Assembly: GCF_001194135.2 (NCBI RefSeq)
Contig: NC_068984.1
Span: 60,213,635 to 60,277,634 of the forward strand
Source: Octopus bimaculoides
Lineage: Eukaryota
DNA length: 64,000 nucleotides
Reading direction: 5' to 3'
The notes below the pieces were generated by a model. The model worked only from the letters and a program-made list of their open reading frames with translations, had not been told where the DNA came from and did no database searches. Below, piece after piece: positions 39,232-53,419 of this stretch (within the stretch, counting starts at the first letter, position 1; every line of letters starts with the position of its first letter). Both the position numbers and the translations under genes were made by a program.

Positions 39232-39810
39232 GTCTTCTACATATATATATATGTCTTCTACTATAGCATCGGGTTGACCAAAAGCCTTGTGAGTGGATTT
39301 GGTAGACGGAAACTGAAAGAAGCCCATCGTATATATGCGGTTCGGCAAAANNNNNNNNNNNNNNNNNNNNNNNNNNNNNNNNNNNNNNNNNNNNNNNNNN
39401 NNNNNNNNNNNNNNNNNNNNNNNNNNNNNNNNNNNNNNNNNNNNNNNNNNNNNNNNNNNNNNNNNNNNNNNNNNNNNNNNNNNNNNNNNNNNNNNNNNNN
39501 NNAAGTGCTAGGCTTACAAAGAATAAGTCCTGGAGTCAATTTGCTCGACTAAAAGCGGTACTCCAGCATGGCCAGAATCAAATGACTGAAACAAGTAAAA
39601 GAGTAAAAGACAAAAAAAAAATACAAATATATATATATATATGCATATATACGATGGGCTTCTTTCAGTTTCCGTCTACCAAATCCACTCACAAGGCTTT
39701 TGGTCAACCCGATGCTATAGTAGAAGACACTTGCACAAGGTACCATGCAGTGGGACTGAACCTGTGGTTCATAAGGAAGATACTTACCACACAGCCACTC
39801 CTATGCCTGT
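38951..39810. mobile_element. SINE family A with inverted duplications around a gap
   Basis: 38951-39079 vs 39503-39631 and 39252-39338 vs 39643-39729 are near-identical inverted pairs. Confidence 0.8.
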
Positions 39811-40435
39811 GTCTGTTCATCTATTTGATGAATGCGTGTGTGTTCTGTTTGACATTTTGTCCGTAAAGTAAAATTTTTGTTTGTATCTATCCAAGGAAAT
39901 TTCATAAATCAATCTCTAATAGTTTTTGCTTTTTGACTGTCATCTCTCTTTCCATTTCATTTTCATAATCCCCTCATTTTTTGATTTATATTCAAGCTAT
40001 ATCATCCTGCAAATCAATTAAAAATTAGTGTACAATATTTCAAAAATGTTTTACATTCAGTTTTCCATGCTTCCATGTGAGTGTGATGACTACTTTGTTA
40101 GAACAATTAATTTTACGGCCAGCTTGTTCTCCTTTTGCTAATGAATCACTAACGGACTGTGAAGTGGATTGATTATACAAACTTAACGAGCAAGTCTCTG
40201 TGTGGTCTCTCAGCCTACTGCAACTGGAAGTCTCATGCTCGTCAAATTATCCCCTGCCGACTCAAAAATGTTCACATTCAACAGAGTTATCAGCATTACA
40301 CTAAGTATGGTAAAGATGAGGTTGATTATGGCTTGAAAGCCTTCAGCAATAACAACTGCAAAGAAAGCAGTGGACCTTGTTTGTGTCAGCTTGACAAAAT
40401 CTAGAAAGTTCTTAGTGCAGTCACCTTCATTTTTG

Positions 40436-41300
<865 letters not shown>

Positions 41301-42961
41301 AGACAAAGGTAAAAAATATTAAAAGAATGACTGACAGAGTTGACCTTAGTGGGATTTGAACTCAGAGCACAGAGAGGTGGAACAATACTGTAAGGTGTTA
41401 ACACCAAACACTCTAATGACTGCACCACCACTTTGTTTTGGCAGTACACTTCAATTTCTATAGGCAAGAGATCATATGAACCTGTTTTCTGCACTGGATT
41501 GGTTTGCTACCCAGTTCGGGACTGATGATAGGCTTTTATAGATGTTGAACTGTGTACAAGGATTTGAACTCATCACAACAGACTAATTACTTGTCTAATA
41601 AATATGTAGAGTTTTTGGTGAGGTGGTGCAATATGTGAGACCTTCATATGTCTTGTAAGACCATGAATCTTCCCTTGGATCTTCATGGAACTTCTCTCTA
41701 AAGTGCTTTAATTTTATAGAAGACAAGTACTCACCCATCTTTGCAAATTTTACACTTTCGTTGCATTTAAACTGGTCATATCCAGCCCAGATATTCTCCC
41801 TGTTTTATGTTCAAACTAGCCAGATCCAACCTATCACACAGACCTTCAATGCCATTCTAAAAATATACAATCACATAATCAAAATTTCAAAGCTACAAAA
41901 TAATGCATGATTAATTAAAAACAATCTGAATGAAAAAGCATTACGTTTGACAGAGAAATAGGAATGCTAAAGGGTCAAAGAAAAAGCGTGGGCCCATACA
42001 GCTCGGAGCTAGTGGCACTACAAGTGTTACCATGAGATTACAGACAGCAATGCATCCTGTCTGATTCTCTAACAATTCTGTCAATTTATCTCTGCTCAGA
42101 TTTCATACTTTAGTTTTTGACCTAAAAAAAGATGAAAGGCAAAAGTTGGCTTTGGCAGGATTTGAACTTAGAGCTCAGAAATCCAAAACTATTATAAGGC
42201 ATTTTATCTGGTTCTCAAACAATTCTGCCTATTTACTACCATACATACATACATACATACATACATACATACATACATACATACATACATACATACATTC
42301 TATTGTGTGGTCGGTGTCAGGAAGGGCTTCCATCTGTAGAAACCATGCCAAAGCAGATATAGAGTCTGGTGCAGTTCTCTGGCTCATCTGTATTTGTCAA
42401 AGCATCTAACCCATGCCAGCACAGCAAAGGGGATATTAAATGGTGGTGGTGATGGTGATTATGTTGATGATGATGACGATGTTGTGTGTGTGTATGTGTG
42501 CATGTGTGTAATGAACTAAATGGTTTACAGTATTTAGTTCTGCGTTCTAACAGTGCTGGGAGCCACTTTGACTTTTCATCTCACCATGGACCTTATCAAC
42601 TAACTAAACCCGCTTCATTGAAAATTAATTTAAATGAATAAATCATCCTTTCTAAATTTTGGGGGTGTTTTGGCAATGTATGAAATAAATTATATTCTGT
42701 CCTTGCTGTCTAAGTAATGAAATGTACCCCTATTTACATTGACTCTGTTTACGCATAGACTGACTGAGCTAGTAACAGTTAAATGTTTTTGTCTGAGACA
42801 CATCTCATTACTGTTGGTCAGATGCAAAAAATGTATGAACTCCTTGGTCGACACTGATTTAACCAGCAGCTACAACTTGAAATTACACACAGACACACAC
42901 ACACACGCACAGACACACATGCACGCACACACATAAATATTTACATATATGTAAGTATTTA

Positions 42962-42995
<34 letters not shown>

Positions 42996-43430
42996 CAGTG
43001 CATGCATGTGTGTGTGTGTCTATATATATATGTATATAATAATATTTTACCCATTACCCATGTTCTCATACTGAATATATACGATGCAGTAAATATTTTC
43101 TGCAGATATATTCCTGGAATTAGCGTGCCAAAACGAAGACTTTTGAATTTTACCATTAAGNNNNNNNNNNCAAAACGAAGACTTTTGAATTTTACCATTA
43201 AGCTGTAATTAGCAGAACCATATGCACGCGCACCCATGGCGGTGGGCAACTCTGTATACGATTCTGATGATTGCGGTTACATTACAAATCAGGCTGGTCA
43301 ACGTTAGTGGTCAACGTTATTTTTTAAAAATATATATGTATATATATAGACACACAGATATTCATTATATACATCCATCTATCCACACATGTATGTATGT
43401 ATGTTTGTATGTATGTATATAATGTATACA

Positions 43431-43467
<37 letters not shown>

Positions 43468-44331
43468 CGTGTTGTTTTAGATTTAGTGACAAACAGGAGA
43501 GAGGGTGGAACTTGAAAGAATTCATTAATCCTAAGAGAAGACATTTTCTAATATACTTTACATCTTGTTTTTATATTTTGTGTGTGTGTTTTATTTTCTC
43601 TTCTCTTGTTTGTCTTGATTGTTTAGTTCTGTTTTACCTATGTATGATTTGAAAATATTTGATGGAAAAAAACCCCCAAAAAACTACAAACAACTTTTTA
43701 AATAAATATCCTATATAGACTGAAGTCATCGTCTCAATTCTGTCCCTCTGGACAACATGAAACCTGAGGTTTTGACCAATGTACTTCGTAAACTGAATAT
43801 AAAGATTTTTTTTCTTATTTTTAGTGGTAGGGGATTATTTTTGTAGATGTAAGGTAAACTATTTTCTTTTCAGCATCATTCTTTTTCCTCTTTTATTTTA
43901 GTCTTTCTTTCACTCTTTTGTCCCTCTCTCTCTCTGTTTGCTTGTTTAAGATGTTTTAAAGTTCTTAGAGGAAATAGAATATTAAAGATGATATCCAAAT
44001 CACGTTCTGTAATCTTGCACAAAAAAAGATGGCTTAGTTATCATACAAGTTATCCTCTTGATAGGATTTCTAAAATAGTTTTCAAATGAGGTTTTGTTGC
44101 ATTTTTTTTTTGGTTGTTGCTGCTGTTGTTGTTATTGTTATTGTTGTTAATGTGGTGAGCTGGCAGAATTGTTAGCACATTTGACAAAAATGTTAAGCTG
44201 CATTTCTTCTGACCCTCTATATCCTGAGTTCAAATTCCATCAAGTTTGACTTTGCCTGTCATCCTTTCAGGGTTTATAAATTAAGTAACAGTGAAATACA
44301 AATTTCAGGCCTTGTGTCTTTAGTAGAAAGA

Positions 44332-44393
<62 letters not shown>

Positions 44394-44647
44394 ACTTTCT
44401 ATCCGAGCTCTACTGAGCATTCTATTTCAATCTCCTTCAGCCATTTATCTTGGCTCAACCCAAGACTAAAGAAAACAACTCTTGCCCAAGACACCACATT
44501 GTAGGATCAAGTATGGGATACCTTGGTTGTGAAACAATTTTCTTAACCTCTAAGCAGTGATACATACCATATTACATTTATGAGACCCTACTGTATTTTT
44601 ATATTTTACTTGTTACATTCACTGGACTGCAGCCATGCTTGGGCATA

Positions 44648-44768
<121 letters not shown>

Positions 44769-44789
44769 CACACAGACACACACACACAC

Positions 44790-45165
44790 ACCATCATCAT
44801 CAGTTAATGACTTGTTTCCCATGCTGGCATGGGTTGTATGGCTTGACAGGAACTGGTAAAGCCAGGGGCCACATCAGGTTCCCTAGTGTGTTTTGGTTTG
44901 GTTTTTATGGCTGAATGCCCTTCCTAATTCCAACTGCTTTACAGAGTGTACTGGGTGCTTTTTATATGGCACCAGCACCCACACCAATGCTTTTTATGTG
45001 GCACATTGGTTTTAGGATCTCAATTCTGTTGTGGTGGGCAGGTTTTCTTGAGTACAGCAATGTGCCACATTTCTTGGTCCTCTGTCATCTCCTTCATAAG
45101 GTTCAACGTTTTGAGATTAGCCTTCAATACTTCATAGGTCTCCCTCTTCCACAACCTCCCTCCAC
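44790..45165 (-). mobile_element. RTE LINE 3' end continuous with family C sequence
   Basis: Minus-strand EVLKANLKTLNLMKEMTEDQEMWHIAVLKKT runs directly into the family C body and (GAT)n tail. Confidence 0.8.
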
Positions 45166-45735
45166 TCCCATCCATATATATATCTGATGGGATTCCACAC
45201 AATTTCCATCTACTATATTTTCTTTCAAGGTATTGGACAACCCTGAGTTATTGTATAAAGCACTTGCCCAAGGTGCCACACAGTGGCACCTGAATCCAAG
45301 ATCATGTGGCTGCAAAACAAGCTGCTTCTTAACTATCCAGCCATTTTTGTGCCTCTAACATCCTAAAGTACTTCTTCTCAGCTGCATTGTTTTGAACTAT
45401 GGTTTATAGGTATAAATGAGGATTTATTAATGGTATAGTAAAAGATTTGTAGATAATATCCAAACATGGCACAGGTGTGGTTGTGTGGCAAGAAGCTTGC
45501 TTCTCTACTGCATGGTTCCAGGTTCAGTCCCACTGTATGGCACCTTGGGCAAGTGTCTTCTACTTTAGCCTCGGGCCAACCAAAGCCTTTTGGTGGATTT
45601 GGTAGATGGAAACTGAAAAAAGCCCATTGTCTATATATATATATATAATAAAGTAAAGTTGTGGAATACCGTACGAGTGGAAATATATATGAAAGAAGGT
45701 TTGAAAATGCACTTATTTTTAAAAATATTTATTTA

Positions 45736-45775
45736 CTTAACCGGTTTCACTTTTTTAGAAAAAGATTATCAAAAG
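45736..45775 (-). other. Degenerate hammerhead-like motif at a PLE-like terminus
   Basis: CTT-TTGATAA-TCTTTTT-CT-AAAAAAG-T-GAAACCGGTT-AAG; downstream flank ends in (TA)n. Confidence 0.35.
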
Positions 45776-46857
45776 TCTTTGAGAATAATAAAAAATGTTA
45801 AAAAACAGTTTGAGTATTAAAATGCATATATACATTCTTTGATGATAAAATATATTTAAATATATTTTANNNNNNNNNNNNNNNNNNNNNNNNNNNNNNN
45901 NNNNNNNNNNNNNNNNNNNNNNNNNNNNNNNNNNNNNNNNNNNNNNNNNNNNNNNNNNNNNNNNNNNNNNNNNNNNNNNNNNNNNNNNNNNNNNNNNNNN
46001 NNNNNNNNNNNNNNNNNNNNNNNNNNNNNNNNNNNNNNNNNNNNNNNNNNNNNNNNNNNNNNNNNNNNNNNNNNNNNNNNNNNNNNNNNNNNNNNNNNNN
46101 NNNNNNNNNNNNNNNNNNNNNNNNNNNNNNNNNNNNNNNNNNNNNNNNNNNNNNNNNNNNNNNNNNNNNNNNNNNNNNNNNNNNNNNNNNNNNNNNNNNN
46201 NNNNNNNNNNNNNNNNNNNNNNNNNNNNNNNNNNNNNNNNNNNNNNNNNNNNNNNNNNNNNNNNNNNNNNNNNNNNNNNNNNNNNNNNNNNNNNNNNNNN
46301 NNNNNNNNNNNNNNNNNNNNNNNNNNNTGTGCGTATGTATGTGTGTGTGTGTGTGTGTGCATGGTTTGGTGGTTTATCTGTTAGTATGTTTGTGTGTGTG
46401 TGTGTGTGTATGACGTAGTGGAAGAAATTAGTAGCAGGACTGGTTAGTGGACGCTATAGACAGTGTAGGTAGATGGTCAACAGGTGGTTATTTGAGTGTG
46501 TGTGTGTTCGTGTTTGTGTGGGGTTGTAGGTGTTATATATATATACCTGTGTGTGTATCTTTGTGTCTGTGTTTGTCCCCCCATCACCACTTGACAACTT
46601 GTCCCCCCATCACTGCTTGACAACATATCAACTGGTGTTGGTATGTTTACGTACCTGTAAATTAGCAGTTTGGCAAAAGAGCCCAATAGAATAAGTACTA
46701 GGCTTGCAAAAAAAAGTCCTATGGTCAATTTGTTTGACTAAAACCTTTCAAGGCAGTGCTGTAGTATGGCCACAGTCAAATGACTAAAACAAGTAAAAGA
46801 ATAAAATGGATTGGCCTCTACTTTTTAACAAGATGATTTATTATTTCCCATTCTCAC

Positions 46858-47230
46858 CCATTATTGCTTATTTATAATAAAAGAAAACTTGTGTGTGAAA
46901 TTTTCTATAGGCTTAAATTTTGATTTGTTTAGCTTATTTGCCGCTGTTGAATTTCAAGTTTGCTGTTCCTGTATATTTTCGATAATATATTATTCAATCA
47001 AAGTTTGTTGAAGTTATTATTCAATTTTCACTTTTGCGATGGTATCCTAGTGTCTGACGTTTATCTGTAGTCTGCTGATCTTGTTTTGGAGGAGAATTAT
47101 TGCTGCTGGTAATGTTGATGTTGTTGTTGACTAATCTGTCTCAACTCTGGTTTTGTAGTTCTGTTATATACACATAATTCACTAAAATCTTCTTCTCCTC
47201 AGCATTTCTGATAGGGCTTTTTTAAAATCT
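46858..47230 (-). other. Candidate alternative first exon ending in ATG G
   Basis: A/C-rich, CpG-retaining leader; ATG G/gtgaga donor at 46857, phase 1. Confidence 0.3.
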
Positions 47231-47796
47231 TTATTGTAATGTTTGTTATAATATTGGCTTCACATTTTGACACAAGGCCAGCAGCTCCAGGTAAGTGGAT
47301 AAGTCAATTACATTGACCCCCAGTACCCAACTGGTACTTATTTTATTGACCCTAAAAGGATGAAAGGCAAAGTTGACCTCGGCAGAATTTGAATCAGAAT
47401 GTAGCAACAGATGAAATGCCACTTAGTATGTTGCTCAGCCTGCTAATGATTCTGCCAGCTCACCCCCTTAAGGCATGTTATAATTTTGGATTCAAATTTT
47501 GGCACAAGAGCAGCAAGTCCAGGGGAGGGAGTAAGTCAGTTATATCAACCTCAGTGCTCAACTGGTACTTATTTTATCGACCTGAAAGGACAAAAAGGCA
47601 AAAATCAACCTTGGCGGAATTTGAACTGAGAACATAAAGGCAGATGAAATGCCGGTAAGCATTTTGCCTGATATTGTAACAATTCTGTCAGCTTAACAAG
47701 TCTTAAGGCATCTTGTAATATTGATGACTGAAACATATATTTACAATTTAAAGAGGGGGAGTAATAACATAGAAATGTCTACCATGGCCTCTCTTT

Positions 47797-48449
47797 TTTT
47801 TTCTTTTTTACTATTATAGGCACAAGGCCTGAAATTTAGGGGAGGGGAATAGTCAATTACATCAACCCCAGTGCTCAACTGGTACTTAATTTATCAACCC
47901 TGAAGGAGGAAAGGCAAAGTCGACCTCGGTGGAATTTGAACTCAGAACAGCGACGGCCGAAATACTACTAAGCATTTCATGCAGCATGCTAACGTTTCTT
48001 ATTTCTTTATTGCTCACAAGGAGCTAAATATAGAGGGGACAAACAAGGACAGACAAGGAGATTAAGTCGATTACATCATCCCCAGTGCATAACTGGTACT
48101 TAATTTATTGACCCCGAAAGGATGAAAGGCAAAGATGATCTCGGCGGAATTGGGACTCAGAAGGTAACAGCAGACGAAATACCGCTAAGCATTTTGCCCG
48201 GTGCTCTAACGTTTCTTATTTCTTTATTGTCCACAAGGAGCTAAACATAGAGGGGACAAACAAGGGCAGACAAAGGGATTAAGTCAATTACATCGACTCC
48301 AGTACGTAACTGGTACTTAATTTATCGACCCCGAAAGGATGAAAGGCAAAGTCGACCTCGGCGGAATTTGAACTCAGAATGTAACAGCAGATGAAATACC
48401 GCTAAGTATTTCGCCCGACGCACTAACGTTTCTGCCAGCTCGCTGCCTT
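47797..48449 (-). mobile_element. Head-to-tail trimer of family B SINEs inside one 16-bp TSD
   Basis: TACCATGGCCTCTCTT at 47780-47795 and 48450-48465; unit junctions aagaaataagaaacgttag. Two further family B copies at 47260-47700. Confidence 0.85.
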
Positions 48450-48578
48450 TACCATGGCCTCTCTTGACACTCTTACATCTTTATTTTCCCCATCATACTC
48501 ATACTTGCTTTTTTTTTTCTCATCCTTTCACAGTATTTTTCCCTCTATCATCACTCTCTTTTCTATTCACTCTCTCAG

Positions 48579-48673
48579 TCAAACTTGCTTTGAATGAAGA
48601 AAACATTGAACAGAGTAGACTAGTTAGTGCCACATTGGATAAAGCAATTTCTCTGATACTAGAGAAGCCATAA
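48579..48673 (+). CDS. Candidate exon (VKLALNEENIEQSRLVSATLDKAISLILEKP*)
   Basis: Long pyrimidine tract ending ctctctcag; open in phase 1 only; may instead be part of a decayed element. Confidence 0.3.
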
Positions 48674-49360
48674 TCAAATTCATGTGACACACTGTAAAAT
48701 GTTTGGTGAAAGAACTTAATCTAACCCCCACCTTCCCTGCACTAACCATTATGCCTAATCCTTCTTCACCATAACAGCAGTTCTCTGGAATCTCCTCCTC
48801 AGTTATGTCTTTACTGCAGACATTTACCTGCAACAACTTAAATGGAACACTAAGGCATTAGTCTCACTAGTCTCGAAGGGCCTGCAAGAGCTCCAGCCCA
48901 ACTAGGAGAGTAGTAACTCTAAATAAGGACTGACTAGTATATTGATGGTGCATCCAGTTTGTGTCAACATGAGTTCTTGCATTTATCTGAGCTTTAACAT
49001 TACTTTGACCATTCTCTCTTTGGCTCTTGGAAAATGGTACTTGATTCACTGAGTGCATCATGTTTATTTTGGATCAGTCTTTACTACATGTTGTATCCTG
49101 CTTAAGTAATGCATAACTTCACCATAGTAGTTAAATAGCGCTTTTGTGATTAATAAATTAACAGCTTTAATTTCAATATTACATAAAGGGAAGACAATAT
49201 TCAGCTACTTGGTCAATAAAACATTAATTTTTAATGAAGTAGGTGCTGGTGGTTTATTGAAAAAACTACTTAGTTCAACATTAAATTCACTGATTCAAGA
49301 AGGCAAAAAATTCATTGACTAAAGAAGGCAAAAAAAAACCAAAAACAAAAAAGAACATAC

Positions 49361-49437
49361 CTATGGGTACTGAACCTCCCAACCATGGATGGTAAACACG
49401 AGACATTAAAATCTTTGAGGCCCTTAAGTACAGCCTT
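49361..49437 (-). CDS. Candidate 77-nt exon (RLYLRASKILMSRVYHPWLGGSVPI or KAVLKGLKDFNVSCLPSMVGRFSTH)
   Basis: Acceptor acttttatag, donor AG/gtatgt followed by T-rich intron-like sequence. Confidence 0.35.
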
Positions 49438-50450
49438 CTATAAAAGTCTGGGTTTTGCATTAAAAAATACATTTTTGTTGATGACTTAGTATTATATCTA
49501 TTCCAATGTTCTTAAACTGTCTCAGAAACATCTATAAAAATAAATATACATTCATATTTCTTATTTTTTAAAATATTTATACTTACATTTTCACAATAAA
49601 TATAATTTCATTTTTTTCATATATTTAATAAAATCTTCTTTAATGCAGCCTTATTAGATTGCACTTAATTTAATTTGGCCTTCAAATACAAAAAGGCTGC
49701 CCCACCCCCAGCTCCAGACTTTTGAACAAGTGATAAAAAAAAAATGAATAAATTAGTATGTTTTATTTGCCATTTTTTTTTTCATAAGAAATTTCTCTGG
49801 TTATTGGCTACTTTGAGTTACAAAAGCCAATCAATGGAATATTCTCCCTCTCCCCAGAATCTTGCTTTATTGTGTAATAAGATTTGTACAGAGAAAATAA
49901 AACATATGAAATATTTTTGTTTCCAATAAATATATCATTTTCTATTGTAAATTTGAAATTTTTGTATAAAATTTCATTCTCTTTTCTATAGTTTTATTTT
50001 CTTTTAATGCATTCTTATTTCCTTTCATTATTATTCTAGAAATTATTTTATTGTTTTTTGGCACTGTAAATTTGAAATATTTATTTGTATATCAAAACTG
50101 ACTTTATGTGTCAGTAATGCAATATACCATTTATAGCTGTTGTGTAGATGTTTTGTCTTCTCGTTTCAGTTTTATCATAGTTTGAAGGAGACATTTTAAA
50201 GAGAACTTGAGTTAGTTGGTCAATTTAAATAATATACAAAAACATAGTTGTTGAAATATGTTTTGAATATCTGGCTTATATCAAATTGATCTCTTTTCTT
50301 ATTGTTCTTGTTTATAGATATATTTCATGAGTGAATGTCATTGAATATTCTTTATGATGGTCATAGCACTAAATTAAACTTGGTAGAGAACCATAGCACC
50401 AATCATGCACACACACACACGCGCACACACGCACACATGCACACACGCAC

Positions 50451-50508
<58 letters not shown>

Positions 50509-52096
50509 TTTATAAACTAATCAACAAACACCCCTTTTTTTTTATCACTACTGATACTAAAACAATAATTGTTTCATTATATTTTTATATTCTTTAAAAT
50601 ATTTAAGAGCTATAAAATAAGTATTCTTTGTTAGTAAAATGTTACAAAAACATGAGAGGAAAATCCCATAAAGACATGATTTTTTTAATGGCAAGAGCAA
50701 GGTCTGCTGTAGTGTTCTGAAGCATTTATATAAATTATGAACGTTCTTGAAAAATTCATGCATGCTACTCCTATAAATACTATTCTATAACTATGAATTT
50801 TATTCCCTTTCTTCACAACTGAAGTGCTGCCAATTCACATATCTGGGGAAGTATTGCTGCTCTAAGATCTAGCATCCTTGGTTGCATCCATCTTAAAACC
50901 CTATAGCTGACTGTTTAAATCACTTAATATCAACTCCCATAAGACCACCTATACTGTAAGTGATCAGGTTCAAATTAAAATCTTGCTAAAACTCTAATCT
51001 CTGTTGAACAACATCAGAATAATATAATAATATATATAATAGTGACAGTTTTTACACTAAGCTCTTAAAGAACTCTTGATTATTTTGAAAATTAACTGAA
51101 ACAGTTAGGCATGTTACTAACTGTAACTGCTGTAACAGTCACTGTAACTGCTGATAAGGCAAAATGGCAGTCATTAGAGTGATGATTGCCTCTTTGCATT
51201 ATGAGTTCAAATTCTGCTGATGTCAGCTTTGCCTTTCATCTTTTGGAGATTGATAAAGCACCAGCCTAGTACTGGGGTCGACACTTCTGTCTCCCCCCCT
51301 CTCTCTTTGTTTCTGTCTGTCTGCCTATCTGTTTCTTTGTCTCTTTCTTTCTTTCTTCTACTTTTTTTCTTTTTCTCAAAGAAATCAGCTGTGGCCAAAT
51401 CTGAAAAGGGATGGGTTCTGACAGGTTTAAATGCTCAAGACAAAGTTGTATATCATGACAACATCATTACGATACTGTCATGAGGTGAATGTCCAAACCT
51501 ATCATAAGCTTATGATAGAATCATAGAGATGTTGTTATGCATATGACATATCTTACACTAGAATTGTAAGCATACTGCTATGCACACAGCATGTGTTGTG
51601 ATTGAATTGTAAGAATGCTCTCATATATATGGCATATTTTATAGAATAAGTGTAGCATCATGTGTACAGTATGTGTATCAGCTAGCAACCAGTAGTAAAC
51701 AATTTCAATATTTTACCCCTTCACTCATCTACTGTTCTAACAGATTTTCGCTATGTGATTGCTCATTTGTTGAAGGACATTGTTGGGGAAATGTGTGAGA
51801 TTAGATCTGGCCAATTTGAACATGAAACAAGTAAAAATATTTTGGCTTGATATGGTCGGTTTAAATGTTAAAGAGTTAAGACCAGATCAGCTGCTCCACT
51901 GAATCTAACTAATTCATTTTCAACTTATTACTGTTCTAACTGTAGATGATGGAAAATTCTAGCAGGTTCTGCTTTTCTGAACTAGCATTATGTGCATCAC
52001 CTCTCCCCAGACACACTTGATGTATCTGCTTCTCCTCCTTTCATCCTCTATTCATTTTTTCATTCCCTTGTACTTCACCCAAATCTTCTTTCATAG

Positions 52097-52153
52097 AACT
52101 ACAGCTCTGTACAGTTCATCCATATTTTTTTCCAACTCATCCAATTTAGAAAG
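52097..52153 (+). CDS. Candidate 57-nt exon (NYSSVQFIHIFFQLIQFRK or TTALYSSSIFFSNSSNLE)
   Basis: Acceptor tcttctttcatag with a long pyrimidine tract; donor AAG/gtatgt. Confidence 0.4.
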
Positions 52154-53063
52154 GTATGTACTTTCCATAGCCACTGCTGGTCTTCAATAAGAAAATACAT
52201 ATTAAAAAAAAAACAAGGAGAAAAAGCAAAACCTTTATAAATTTGAAATGTTGCTCATGTGTGAGAAACTAATTTCCAATAATGGAAACATTGTGGCTTA
52301 TTGATGATGGCTGAGAAGATTAAAACTGGTCTTTTGATAAGAGACTCGTGCAATTGTATCCCACCTCATGAATAAAGCAATGGAAATATGTACCTCTTCA
52401 AAATATTAACTTGGCAGCAAAAGAATGAATAATAATATTAAAAAAAAAAAAAATACACACAAAGAAAATGATTTAGTATTGGAGTTCTTAACTAATTGGA
52501 AAATTGACTTCTACTTTGGTCATTTATTATGACTAGATCAAATGGTGAACAGACTAGTGTGTAGACTACAGGAGAAAAGACTAGAAGAGACTAGCAATTA
52601 TCCAATGATTTATAATGTCATTAAGTAATAATTTATTGTCATTAACAAGCTGGTCAAATTGGTTAATGAACCAAAATTTTCTCTTATTTTCCTGGAAAGA
52701 GTAAAAAATGAAAAAAAAGTTGATCATAAGAAAAAAAAAAGAATCTAACTTTAATGAGCTAACGAAGAAGCCATTATTTGGTTGGTTTGGCTTGCTAGAA
52801 ATAGTAAAATCTCTCTTTCTCAAGTCACAATTTACCATATTAAATACAGCAAAGATGCATCAGATAATATGGTTTTACATAATACTAAAAAACAAAAAAA
52901 AAAGAATAAATTAGCCTTAATTGGAATGTTGACATTGGTCAACTTGATCAGAGATGACCAGGGGTAAATGATAATAACAACAATAATATACCACAATTTT
53001 ATCTCTCTTATCCCTTGGTTTTCTTCTCTCTTCACACAACCTCTCCTAACTATCTGTCTTCAG

Positions 53064-53079
53064 GCTCACTTGTACTCTT
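53064..53079 (+). CDS. Candidate 16-nt microexon
   Basis: ctaac branch-like motif, acceptor tgtcttcag, donor gtaagt. Confidence 0.25.
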
Positions 53080-53178
53080 GTAAGTCATATAGATTTTGAT
53101 GAATTTCAATGGGCTATGCAAGAAACAGTGGGGCAACATTAGTTATGTATTATAATATTGAATTATGTATTATAATAT

Positions 53179-53411
53179 TTATTTCTTTATTGTCCACAGA
53201 GGGCTAAACATAGAGGGGACAAACAAGGATACACAAAGGGATTAAGTCAATTACATTGACCCCTGTACATAACTGGTACTTATTTAATCGACCTTGGAAG
53301 GATGAAAAGCAAAGTTGACCTTAGTGGAATTTGAACTCAGAACATAATGACAGATGAAATACCGCTAGGCATTTTGCCCGGCATGCTAACGATTCTGCTA
53401 GCTTGCTGCCT
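53179..53411 (-). mobile_element. SINE family B with 17-bp TSD
   Basis: ttatgtattataatatt at 53162-53178 and 53412-53428. Confidence 0.85.
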
Positions 53412-53419
53412 TTATGTAT

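Noticed and set aside
43129-43202. 32-bp direct repeat on both sides of a 10-N gap
   Set aside because: Typical unmerged contig overlap.
47995-48449. CRISPR-like or ncRNA-array interpretation of regularly repeated units
   Set aside because: Units are full ~225-bp SINE copies with no unique spacers; eukaryotic context.
51744-51850. Plus-strand exon-like ORF DFRYVIAHLLKDIVGEMCEIR
   Set aside because: Sequence is the reverse complement of the piggyBac-type MITE family.
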